A stretch of 24,732 nt of DNA from a virus (lineage: Duplodnaviria; Caudoviricetes): positions 1 through 24,732 of IMG/VR virus record IMGVR_UViG_3300021476_000028; one strand, 5' to 3'. A program made the translations under genes and the position numbers. Shown here piece by piece: positions 15,860-23,733 of this stretch. The first letter of the stretch is position 1; each line of letters opens with the position of its first letter. The notes beneath the pieces were generated by a model. The model was not told where the DNA came from. It was given only the letters and a program-made list of their open reading frames with translations, and did not search any database.

Positions 15860-16315
15860 CTAAGCCATGTTCAGCGGATAGTCGGTGGCGCTGAGAGTAA
15901 CCTTCATCTCGTACACACCGGCAACCGCCGCTGTAGAATTAAGATCTTTGACATAGGCGTTGAACTCGTCGAAGCTCACGCCGTCGGTGTAGAGCAGCCG
16001 GTAGACCTGCTTGATGCGATTCTCGTAGGCCCAGCGAATCGCGCCGACGACCGTCGATGAGTGGGTTGGATTCTGAGGAACCCAGAAGCACTTGAAGCTC
16101 ACCGGCCCGATATCGAGCAGGGTGATGATGCGCCGGCGGAACGGCGCCTGGCTCGAATGCGACGTAACGTCAACCTCGGTCGACGTATACGCCGGACCAG
16201 TGATGTCGCCTACATTCGCAATCGTCGTCCACACCGGGGCGGACCCGCCGCCGATATCGACTTGGAGCAGTGTTCCTTCCGCTGCTAAGGCCGGACTGGT
16301 GGTATCAGCAGGCAT
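15860..16315 (-). CDS. Major tail tube protein, 151 aa
   Basis: GTLLQV...WTTIANV.DITGP...TEVDVTSH.S...L.D.G.VSF pattern of lambda-like tube proteins. Confidence 0.92.
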   Translation of the reverse strand: MPADTTSPALAAEGTLLQVDIGGGSAPVWTTIANVGDITGPAYTSTEVDVTSHSSQAPFRRRIITLLDIGPVSFKCFWVPQNPTHSSTVVGAIRWAYENRIKQVYRLLYTDGVSFDEFNAYVKDLNSTAAVAGVYEMKVTLSATDYPLNMA

Positions 16316-16795
16316 TTAGAGATCCTCCCGGTTGTAAAGTCTGGCATCCAGGATGCCGGTGTAGATGGGCGGCTGTGTTGGCGCGTACAGCGTCACCCGC
16401 TCGTCCAAGATTTGACTTGGAAAGTGCAGCGCCGCGAGCGGCGGTGAGCCGAACTCCCGCGTCGATGTAGCGTCGAAAGTGTTCAAGAAGTTCACTAACG
16501 CATTCAAGACCGCGAGTGCGGCGCTGTTCGAGCTCGGTCCCGTACACCACGCCGTGAACTGAATCCGCACCAACGCCAAGGGCGTGATGTTGGTTACCGC
16601 TCCCGACGGCCCGGAGTGCATTGACATTCGCTGCGTCGAAACGCGCTGCACGGTCATCGCCGTGATGGGCGGCGTTTTGTTGGTCAGCCCTTGCGGCAAC
16701 TGGAGATCGAAAAAGCCGTTGGTCACCAACGTCGGCAACACAGGATCGGCCTGCATCATTTCGCGGAGCTTTGTCTCGAGCGGCGTGTAGCTCAT
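16316..16795 (-). CDS. Tail terminator/completion protein, 159 aa
   Basis: Position upstream of the tube gene; P.IT...VS, RIQF..W motifs; start ATG 16795 (ATGA overlap). Confidence 0.8.
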   Translation of the reverse strand: MSYTPLETKLREMMQADPVLPTLVTNGFFDLQLPQGLTNKTPPITAMTVQRVSTQRMSMHSGPSGAVTNITPLALVRIQFTAWCTGPSSNSAALAVLNALVNFLNTFDATSTREFGSPPLAALHFPSQILDERVTLYAPTQPPIYTGILDARLYNREDL

Positions 16796-17193
16796 ACGGC
16801 ATTGCGCACCTCTTGGGCTACCGCCTCGATCACGTCGCTCTCGACTGTGACGAGCGCCGGGCGCATGTAGGGCCGCGCGGCCATGCCGGGCCACGACTCG
16901 GAATACGGGCCGGACCCTGCGCCCGCGGAAGCCGCGCCGCGCTGACCGGTCCCGTACTCGACGAAGAATGCATGGTCGGTTCCGGCGGACACCTCGACCA
17001 CCGCCAGAGGACCATTCGACTGAACGTCGCCGACCTCGATCGACTCCCGCAGATCGCCGGTCCGCACAGGCACGATCCGCTGGGCTTCCGCTTGGATCAG
17101 TTTCGCGCCAGCCACGACGCCCGACTGGAGAGCCGCCATGAGGCGATCCTGAAGGCCGCTGGCGGGCGTGAATGTAGCCGTTGCCGAGATCAT
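16792..17193 (-). CDS. HK97 gp10-like neck/tail component
   Basis: PVRTGDLRESI, HAFFVEYGT, MAARPYMRPAL motifs. Confidence 0.92.
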   Translation of the reverse strand: MISATATFTPASGLQDRLMAALQSGVVAGAKLIQAEAQRIVPVRTGDLRESIEVGDVQSNGPLAVVEVSAGTDHAFFVEYGTGQRGAASAGAGSGPYSESWPGMAARPYMRPALVTVESDVIEAVAQEVRNAV

Positions 17194-17624
17194 AAGACCA
17201 CCTGGTGACACGCTAGGCGAGTCTGTCCGCCAGGCGCAAGCTGGCTCGACGATTCAGCGCCGACCACCTGGTGAGGCACGCCGTCGATGATCGCGCGCAA
17301 TTGGCCGCCGCGCGCTATCGCTTCTGGAATTTGCGGATAATATCCATCCAAAAGAACGTGAAACAAATTAAAGGACTGAGTGTAATCGACCGCCTTGATC
17401 TCACCGGCCTGGAGCCGCAGCATCGAAATGGCGGCGCGAATACACGGGATATTGACGCATCCCGCCAAAGCCGTGAACCCGGAGGTCGTCAAGTCCACTT
17501 GCCCCAGCGCGTCCGCCGAAGTCCCTGACTCGTAGACCGTGCAGAGCGAAACAAAGAAACCAGCTTGCTCGACCGCATGGATCGGCCCTTGAAGGAGCTC
17601 CGTCGCTAGTTGCTGCTGGTCCAT
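17190..17624 (-). CDS. Head-to-tail stopper/closure protein, 144 aa
   Basis: Position; DALGQ, IIDGVPHQVVG motifs; start ATG 17624 (TAATG overlap). Confidence 0.7.
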   Translation of the reverse strand: MDQQQLATELLQGPIHAVEQAGFFVSLCTVYESGTSADALGQVDLTTSGFTALAGCVNIPCIRAAISMLRLQAGEIKAVDYTQSFNLFHVLLDGYYPQIPEAIARGGQLRAIIDGVPHQVVGAESSSQLAPGGQTRLACHQVVL

Positions 17625-18061
17625 TACTGATTCAGCCTCAACAGTTGCTTCCACACGCGCTCGTAGGCCGCGTAGTTGTTCGGCACCATCTCGACGATAG
17701 CGAAGGCCCCGGAATTGTCCTCGATATCCCGAAATTCCTTGGCGGTCGCGCGCAACTCTTGAGCGGCCTTCGAGGTGTCGGTGTTGATATCGAGAAGTTT
17801 GAGGGTGTTGGCGAGCCGCGCTTTGTTGGACGCCAGTGAATCGAGCAGGATCGCCGCAATGCGGTAGTAGCTCGGCGGAAACAGGTTGGCTTGCTGGGTC
17901 TGACCGAAACCGCCATTGGGCGTGATGACGAACACCGGGATGATGTTCGAAGCCGCCTGGATTTCGGAGTCCTGAAAAATGAAGTTCGGCCCCGTATCGG
18001 CGATCAGCATGCGCGGATAGTCGATGGGCGGGTTGGCTCCGAACTGATAGGTCGCAGGCAT
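17624..18061 (-). CDS. Head-to-tail adaptor protein, 145 aa
   Basis: RMLIADT...FQDSEIQA, AA..LD.LA, D...AA.ELR..A..FR pattern. Confidence 0.8.
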   Translation of the reverse strand: MPATYQFGANPPIDYPRMLIADTGPNFIFQDSEIQAASNIIPVFVITPNGGFGQTQQANLFPPSYYRIAAILLDSLASNKARLANTLKLLDINTDTSKAAQELRATAKEFRDIEDNSGAFAIVEMVPNNYAAYERVWKQLLRLNQ

Positions 18062-18348
18062 CAGGCTCCATAAGAGATGTGTAGTGTGGAGGCCGTCGGA
18101 ACGTAGGCGTAAATCTGACTCAGGTCGATTCTGTCCGTAGGGTCGGCTTCATTGGCGCTAAAAACGATCACAGGAGCCGATTGAACCGTGCCATTAACGA
18201 CAACGCCTTTTGCGGCCGAAGCCGTGCTGTCTCCGACGTGCGCACTTCCGTTGGCGCTGAAGGCCACCCACCGCGCCTGAATCGCTGTCGCGCTGATCTC
18301 CACCGTTGTGTTGGAACCAGCGATATCGGGCAGAGAGTAAATCTGCAT
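18061..18348 (-). CDS. Small beta-rich virion-associated protein, 95 aa
   Basis: Lies between the capsid and adaptor genes; coupled by TGATG. Confidence 0.7.
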   Translation of the reverse strand: MQIYSLPDIAGSNTTVEISATAIQARWVAFSANGSAHVGDSTASAAKGVVVNGTVQSAPVIVFSANEADPTDRIDLSQIYAYVPTASTLHISYGA

Positions 18349-18360
18349 TCACTTCTGACC

Positions 18361-19788
18361 TTAGGCAGGGATGCCGCTCGCGTTCGAGAAGACAGCCATG
18401 ACCGGATCAACCGTGGTTCCGCCGAACACGTGGCGGATTTTGTAGTGGATCGCGTCGGTTTCGAAATCGCCTTCCATCGGGTTTCCGAGAGCCGCACCAC
18501 CCATGGTGCCGGGGAAGCCTGTGCCGCCCGGTCCCATGACGCCTTCGCCGATGGCCACTGAGTTCGGCAGTTTCATGAAGAGATCCGGGTCGGCGTGTCC
18601 GCGGAGTTTGCCGAACACGACGGCGGGACGGTAATTCGGATCGCTGAACAGATACCAAGCTTGGTTGCCGTAGGTCGGGTCAGCCAACGGAAGTTGGTAG
18701 TTCACCACCAACTTGACGCGGCCCTTCATCCAGTTCAGAGTGTACAGACGCTCGGCGTTGTAGTTGGTGGCCGTAGCGCCGGACCCAGCCGCCGTCAGCG
18801 TGCCGCCCTGCTCGTTGAGGCCAAGCTGTGTCGCGTTCATGACGTTCTGGGCGAAAATCTCAAGCGCCGGAGGGACCATCAGGACCAGCGCCTCCACAGA
18901 AATCGGCTGGCCAGTCAAATCGCGCTGCATTGAGAACACGAGCATCGCCTGTTGCAAGGCCGCGATGCTGAACTGCGGATGGTGGAAGGCCACCGGAACG
19001 CCCGACGAAAGATTCGGAATCCCGGAATCGACGATGTTGTTGTTGGACTTTTTGAAAAAGTTGGTGTTGTTGGCGATCTGCGCTGTGTTGAAGTATTCCT
19101 CCATGCGACGCATCGCAATTCCGAAGCGCGCAGGAGTGTCCTTCAGGGCGTTCAGGTCGTCGTTCACCATGGTTTCCCAAGCAAACGGCATCCGGCGCCC
19201 GAACTTCATCAGGTTGTACAGGTAGCTCGAATCGGCGAGCTTGTCTTCCGGGTACTGCCCCATCAACTCCACAGGCGTCAATTGCTGCGAATTCGGGTTC
19301 GCCTGGTTCGGCGTGAACAGGCTGGCGTTGGAGGCGTTGACGGCCTGCAAGGTGCCGATGCCCGTACCATAGTCCACACGGATGCGACGATTGACCCGGA
19401 AGTCATTCACCTGTTCCAGGTGCGCCCATGTTGACCAAGTGTATGTGGTCTCCCGATAATTAGCCAGCACCGAGCGGTCGATGATATCGCCGAACAGCGA
19501 ACCGAAATCGGAGATCGAGAGAGCTTCGCGGAATTGCCCGCGCATGGCGCGCTTCATCATGAAACCCGCGAGCTCGTCCCCATCGAGCGCGCGCTTGAAC
19601 AGCCCCATGGCTTCCTTCAGGTCGCGCTGGTAGAGACGCGCGGCTTCTTTGTTCGTAAACTGGCGGCGCCCCACTGAGACGTGGCCGGATTCGAACCTGC
19701 CATGGAGCGACGGATCGTACATCCGGTCGCTCTCGCGCGTAAACATCGGATCGAAAAGATTCTTCGCTACTTCGTTGAATCCGATCAT
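18361..19788 (-). CDS. Major capsid protein (HK97 fold, Mu gpT-like family), 475 aa
   Basis: SDF..L...I.R..LA.Y, V.DFR, KFGR....WET.VNDDL.AL...P...G.A.RR, L.VPPALE, AWYLF.DP, GDFETD.I.YKIRH.FG motifs; start ATG 19788. Confidence 0.93.
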   Translation of the reverse strand: MIGFNEVAKNLFDPMFTRESDRMYDPSLHGRFESGHVSVGRRQFTNKEAARLYQRDLKEAMGLFKRALDGDELAGFMMKRAMRGQFREALSISDFGSLFGDIIDRSVLANYRETTYTWSTWAHLEQVNDFRVNRRIRVDYGTGIGTLQAVNASNASLFTPNQANPNSQQLTPVELMGQYPEDKLADSSYLYNLMKFGRRMPFAWETMVNDDLNALKDTPARFGIAMRRMEEYFNTAQIANNTNFFKKSNNNIVDSGIPNLSSGVPVAFHHPQFSIAALQQAMLVFSMQRDLTGQPISVEALVLMVPPALEIFAQNVMNATQLGLNEQGGTLTAAGSGATATNYNAERLYTLNWMKGRVKLVVNYQLPLADPTYGNQAWYLFSDPNYRPAVVFGKLRGHADPDLFMKLPNSVAIGEGVMGPGGTGFPGTMGGAALGNPMEGDFETDAIHYKIRHVFGGTTVDPVMAVFSNASGIPA

Positions 19789-20279
19789 TGGGAAGCGTCC
19801 CCCTTGAGCATGACTGTGACTGTCCCGCTCGCTCCGCTGGCTACAGTGCCCTGCACCACGTAGCCGAAATAAACGCCCGACGGATTCTTGTCGACGGTGA
19901 ATCCGTACCACAGGTCAGACCCGTCGGCGTTGGTAACGTGGGTTCCGGTGTTGACGTTGGCGTACACGCGGTCGCCAGGCACCACCTTGGAATTGACCAC
20001 AGGCGATTCAGCGGCTTGCGCGACAACACTCAAGTTGTAAGCGCCCCACTGGTCGAATGAGCAGAAGCCGTCCCACCCGCCGGTCGGCGAGACAGCATTC
20101 GAGATTCCGACCAGCGCTACGCCGACCGGGTTGCCGCCGTAGGCTTGGTTCGCGGTGCCGCGCAGCATGAACGGGTTGCCGTCGAGCGCGGGAGCCGTGG
20201 CGGGCGGCCCGACGGTGATGAGCGCCAATACGTTCAACTGTATTGGTGAATGATATTCGAGGACTTTGTTGTTGGCCAT
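19785..20279 (-). CDS. Capsid decoration/cement protein (DUF2190-like), 164 aa
   Basis: GVAL, G.YNLSV, GDRVY, G..FGY....V.SG.SGTV.V.L pattern; lies between the protease and capsid genes. Confidence 0.75.
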   Translation of the reverse strand: MANNKVLEYHSPIQLNVLALITVGPPATAPALDGNPFMLRGTANQAYGGNPVGVALVGISNAVSPTGGWDGFCSFDQWGAYNLSVVAQAAESPVVNSKVVPGDRVYANVNTGTHVTNADGSDLWYGFTVDKNPSGVYFGYVVQGTVASGASGTVTVMLKGDASQ

Positions 20280-21931
20280 TACGCAGCCCTCCCTTCACGG
20301 AACGCCTTGCGGCGTCGCTTGACTTCGTCTTTTTCGCCGGAGCCGCCTAGGATCATCATGTCAGCCAGTTGGTCCGAAACTTCCTTGAAGGCGTCGTCTT
20401 CCGACTCGATCACTTTTTCGAGTTGCTTCGGATCGGTGATTGGCGCGCTAGACATTCCCGCGACAAAGCGTCCGCCGGAGAGCTCAGCGAGGAACGTGCC
20501 CTCGTCCTTCACTTGGGCCTCGATCAACTCGCCGAACTTTTTGTCGTCGAGCTTACCGTTTTCCTTGAGCGGAATATCGCCCAAGCAACGTTCGCGTACA
20601 CGGCGCTGGCTCGCAGGCGGAAGATTGACACGTGCGAGCGCCTCGTCGAGCAACCGCGGGGCTTCAGTAGCGACCACCAGACGCTCTAGCAGTTTTCGGT
20701 TGTCGGCTTGCAACGGAGCCACGGCTTTTTGAACCGCGGTTTCGACGAGCCTTTGGACAGTGGCTTCATCCATATCGTCAATCGACCCCTCTCTGTTGGT
20801 TGATAGAGGCTGGGCGCTGCGCGCCGCCTCGAAGAGTTGTAGAACTTTTCCACCCGCGCCAGGCGTAGTCACGTAGTCGACGCTTTGCGCGCGCGTGAGC
20901 TTCTCGATGATCGCACCCTTGCGTCCTTCGGCTTGGCCTTCCTTGGCTGATCCATAAGCGCGGATCGACATACCGATATTTTTAGCAAGAGAGTTCACCG
21001 GACCCTGAAAATGTTGGGCCACGGAAGAACGAGAGTAGAGCCCTGAGCCGTCCGGCCCGTCGTCCTCGTAGTGCGCGTCTTCCTTAAGCGCCCCAACCAA
21101 ACTATGAAGGGACCCTTCCGGTCGCGCCGCTTCCTCTGCGGAGGTCGGATGGTCCCAAAACGTTTTTGTCCCAGCAGTGAAGATCTTGGGTCCGTCGCGC
21201 TTCAGCACTTCTTTCGAGTAGTACCCTGAGCTACCCCAGCCTGGCGCGATGAGTTTGAGCATCACCGTGCCGTCGCTCGCGACTGCCCCTTCACGCAGCG
21301 GAACCATGTCGCCACTCAACTCGATGTCTCGCAAGGACTCGCTCGATGAATCATCCTGCATCGACTTCGGCAGCGCGTAGCCTTTGCGGGTAGCGATTTT
21401 CTTGATGTTGGCCTTGATGGTGTCGGACGAGTAGTTGCCCGCACCGGCGCGCCCAAGACTGCGAACCGCCGCCATCACGTCGCCCGGCTTGTTAATCGGG
21501 AAGCTCTGACCTTTGCCGGCGAAATCCGACTTCGACATGTTGTTCCGCTCGCCTTGGCTGACGAACCGCTCGTACAGCCCAAGTGCGCGCTTGCGGCTCG
21601 ACTCCATCGCAGACATGTTGTCGTCCTCATCGTTGTCGAGCTCGTCGTAGGTCATGTGCGGCAGAACTTCGACCGCGGAGCCGGTGTCGACCGAGACGTT
21701 ACGCTTGCCGCCGACTTGCCCCATCGAGTACGGCGCTTTCTTGTAGCCGCCGGAGGACCCGTACCCGGCGGTGTAGACTACGTCGCCGTCCGAATCGTCG
21801 CCGTAAACGTGGCAAACACAGCAGCCATCCGGTAAGGCGTTCTGAAGGTGGGCGCGAACATCGTCCGAAGAATAATCGCCCGCTGCTTCCCGGAATTCGG
21901 CTGCGAGAGCCTCTGCGAGACGCTTTGCCAT
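20279..21931 (-). CDS. Multidomain prohead protease/scaffold with a DUF6582-like insert, 550 aa
   Basis: LIAPGWGSSGYYS.EVL, FWDHP, IGMSI.A.G, SVDYVT.PGAGG protease motifs; ER..M.KSDFAG...SFPI....DV.AA segment; helical C-terminus; start ATG 21931. Confidence 0.85.
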   Translation of the reverse strand: MAKRLAEALAAEFREAAGDYSSDDVRAHLQNALPDGCCVCHVYGDDSDGDVVYTAGYGSSGGYKKAPYSMGQVGGKRNVSVDTGSAVEVLPHMTYDELDNDEDDNMSAMESSRKRALGLYERFVSQGERNNMSKSDFAGKGQSFPINKPGDVMAAVRSLGRAGAGNYSSDTIKANIKKIATRKGYALPKSMQDDSSSESLRDIELSGDMVPLREGAVASDGTVMLKLIAPGWGSSGYYSKEVLKRDGPKIFTAGTKTFWDHPTSAEEAARPEGSLHSLVGALKEDAHYEDDGPDGSGLYSRSSVAQHFQGPVNSLAKNIGMSIRAYGSAKEGQAEGRKGAIIEKLTRAQSVDYVTTPGAGGKVLQLFEAARSAQPLSTNREGSIDDMDEATVQRLVETAVQKAVAPLQADNRKLLERLVVATEAPRLLDEALARVNLPPASQRRVRERCLGDIPLKENGKLDDKKFGELIEAQVKDEGTFLAELSGGRFVAGMSSAPITDPKQLEKVIESEDDAFKEVSDQLADMMILGGSGEKDEVKRRRKAFREGRAA

Positions 21932-21939
21932 CCGGGACG

Positions 21940-21985
21940 ATTGTTCCACGGGGAACACTCAGACGCCAAATTGTTCCACTGGAAT
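21940..21985. promoter_or_regulatory. parS-like palindrome plus a second degenerate copy (putative operators)
   Basis: TGTTCCACGGGGAACA at 21942-21957; ATTGTTCCAC directly repeated at 21940 and 21970. Confidence 0.6.
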
Positions 21986-22001
21986 TTGTTACGATGACAC
22001 C

Positions 22002-22283
22002 ACGGCCCAAGGTACTGAGTCCCAAAAGTGCTCGATATGTGGTGGTCAGGATGCTCGCACGCGCGCCGGCCAGCGCACCTGCCGAACCTGCCACGCCGCC
22101 TATATGCGCCGATTGCGGCTATCGGATCGGGAACGCACCGAGCGCCGCAGCTTCGCTGCTGGCGTGCGCGCTACCAAGAGAGCGGCGCTCGACTATTTCG
22201 AGAAGCGGTTATTTGGGGCATTCAGTGGCGCGCAGGTCTGCAAAGTGCTGACGGAACTTACTGTGGCTCACAAGTCGAACTGA
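22002..22283 (+). CDS. Zinc-finger protein, about 93 aa, non-canonical (ACG) or disrupted start (not in ORF track)
   Basis: (M)AQGTESQKCSICGGQDARTRAGQRTCRTCHAAYMRRLR...KSN*; TGt-TACGAT lies 6 nt before the ACG. Confidence 0.65.
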   Translation, partial: TAQGTESQKCSICGGQDARTRAGQRTCRTCHAAYMRRLRLSDRERTERRSFAAGVRATKRAALDYFEKRLFGAFSGAQVCKVLTELTVAHKSN

Positions 22284-22509
22284 GAACCGTCGTGTGAATC
22301 CAGCCTTGCCACTTCGATGATCCGGACTGAGCGTCGTGCTTACAGAACCGGAACGTTGACGAGTAACCCTTGACCCTGCAATGGAACGGCGGCTCCGGGC
22401 GCTCGCGAAGGACGTAGCTATAGGCGTCCGCAACTGTCGCGAACTCCTGAAGCTTCCCCGTCAGCGGCATACGGATTCTCGCCGCGACTCTGTCTGTTGT
22501 GGTGAGCAT
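22258..22509 (-). CDS. Hypothetical protein, 83 aa (alternative start 22470)
   Basis: ORF directly downstream of, and overlapping, the glycosyltransferase. Confidence 0.55.
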   Translation of the reverse strand: MLTTTDRVAARIRMPLTGKLQEFATVADAYSYVLRERPEPPFHCRVKGYSSTFRFCKHDAQSGSSKWQGWIHTTVLSSTCEPQ

Positions 22510-23270
22510 CGCATCACCTGTCGGCAGTAGCCGTCTAAACCATAGTACCGCTTAAAGTTTTTGGACGTTGGATCGTTGACGCACTGCTCGAAACGGTCGG
22601 GCGTCATGACCGTGTTCGCACCGTGGACGTGGGCGATCATGCGCGGCCGGTTAAGCTTGGCCAGTTGTTCAGCCGACAGGAAACTCGGAATGGAGGTCTG
22701 TCCTGAGCACATAACCGCCTTGATGAACTTCCGGTCTTCGCCTTCGCGCACCGGCTCGAACGGGTGTTTCTCCCACGCGCGCCGCCAGTACATGAGTGAC
22801 GTTCCGAGGGCGACATTGTTGGTCAACGGCCAATACTCGTACAGGTAGGCATGGCCCGGCGGGTTGTGCCAGAAGAGCATATCGTTGTACCCGACGCAAT
22901 CGGCTTTCGAGGTCAAGAGGTGGTTCACCTGTTCAGCGAGCCGGTAGGGATGCGACCAATCGTCGGAGTCCCAGTGGGCGAAGATATCCGGCGGCGGACT
23001 TATAGCCGTCGAAATACAGGCCAGTGTGTTCGCACGGTTCCGAAGGACCCCAACCCGCGTTTCTGTGGGCTCATCCTCGTCCAAATAGTAGGCGATTCGC
23101 GGGTCTGACTTCGGTCGACCAAACATCGGCAGTCCGGTTTCGTAAACCAGCAGTTCCTTGTGTTCGTACGTCTGCCGCTCGAAGCACTCGACCGCCCGCG
23201 CCGTCAGTTCAGGCCGATCAGCCGTCAGACAAATGCACATCACCAGCGGATCGCCTCGATGTTCTCGCAT
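22461..23270 (-). CDS. Family 2 glycosyltransferase (GT-A fold), 269 aa
   Basis: PLV.CICLT.DR.....AV.CF..QTY..KELLV, G.LRN, HWDSDDW (DxD), RL.EQV, GEDR motifs; start ATG 23270. Confidence 0.92.
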   Translation of the reverse strand: MREHRGDPLVMCICLTADRPELTARAVECFERQTYEHKELLVYETGLPMFGRPKSDPRIAYYLDEDEPTETRVGVLRNRANTLACISTAISPPPDIFAHWDSDDWSHPYRLAEQVNHLLTSKADCVGYNDMLFWHNPPGHAYLYEYWPLTNNVALGTSLMYWRRAWEKHPFEPVREGEDRKFIKAVMCSGQTSIPSFLSAEQLAKLNRPRMIAHVHGANTVMTPDRFEQCVNDPTSKNFKRYYGLDGYCRQVMRCSPQQTESRRESVCR

Positions 23271-23277
23271 GAGTCCA

Positions 23278-23283
23278 ATTCTA
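23278..23283 (-). promoter_or_regulatory. -10 element for a leaderless glycosyltransferase transcript
   Basis: TAGAAT-tggactc-ATG(23270). Confidence 0.55.
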
Positions 23284-23374
23284 AGGTGCTTTCTACGGCA
23301 AGAAAAGTACTTTCGCTCAATTGCCAAACCTGGATCAGGACGTTGATACTGGTACTGCGATGGAGGCACGGACT

Positions 23375-23554
23375 ATGCAAGGAACAAAAATCGTGAGAGT
23401 CTGGTGGGGGCCGAGCGAGTCGAACGTTAGCGTTTTCTCGCTTTTTGAAGGCGACAGGATGGAGGTCAACGAGGACGGCAATTTTATTCTGAGGCGCGCT
23501 GGCGACAGTGCCGCGACGATGCGGCCCCACTTCCGGGCTCTGGAGGTTTTATGA
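23375..23554 (+). CDS. Hypothetical protein, 59 aa
   Basis: GGAGG-N8-ATG at 23375; candidate promoter TTGCCA-N18-GATACT at 23321-23350; ATGA overlap with the next gene. Confidence 0.7.
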   Translation: MQGTKIVRVWWGPSESNVSVFSLFEGDRMEVNEDGNFILRRAGDSAATMRPHFRALEVL

Positions 23555-23733
23555 ACTTGCAATTCCTGATCGCGGGCGGCCTGGCGGTCCTGCTCGGTAG
23601 TTGGCTCATCGGCATCGTGGTCGGAAACTTCATCTATGAAGGACGAAGTGGCTCCGACGAATTGGAAGACGATGAGTTTGTGTACGACGAACACGGTCGG
23701 CCTCTGATGAAAAGAGGAACGGAGACGGACTAA
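23551..23733 (+). CDS. Small single-pass membrane protein with an acidic tail, 60 aa
   Basis: GGAGGT Shine-Dalgarno; TM segment FLIAGGLAVLLGSWLIGIVVG; DELEDDEF tail. Confidence 0.75.
   Translation: MNLQFLIAGGLAVLLGSWLIGIVVGNFIYEGRSGSDELEDDEFVYDEHGRPLMKRGTETD

Noticed and set aside
6663-19434. Numerous 60-225 aa plus-strand and alternate-frame ORFs
   Set aside because: They are expected antisense shadows of GC-rich genes, with no motifs or initiation signals.
21942-21957. LexA/SOS box
   Set aside because: TGTTC-N6-GAACA matches neither GAAC-N4-GTTC nor TGTTC-N4-GAACA nor CTGT-N8-ACAG.
21583-22251. 222-aa plus-strand ORF containing CADC
   Set aside because: Mostly antisense to the protease gene and low-complexity; the neighbouring frame has the convincing paired CxxC finger.
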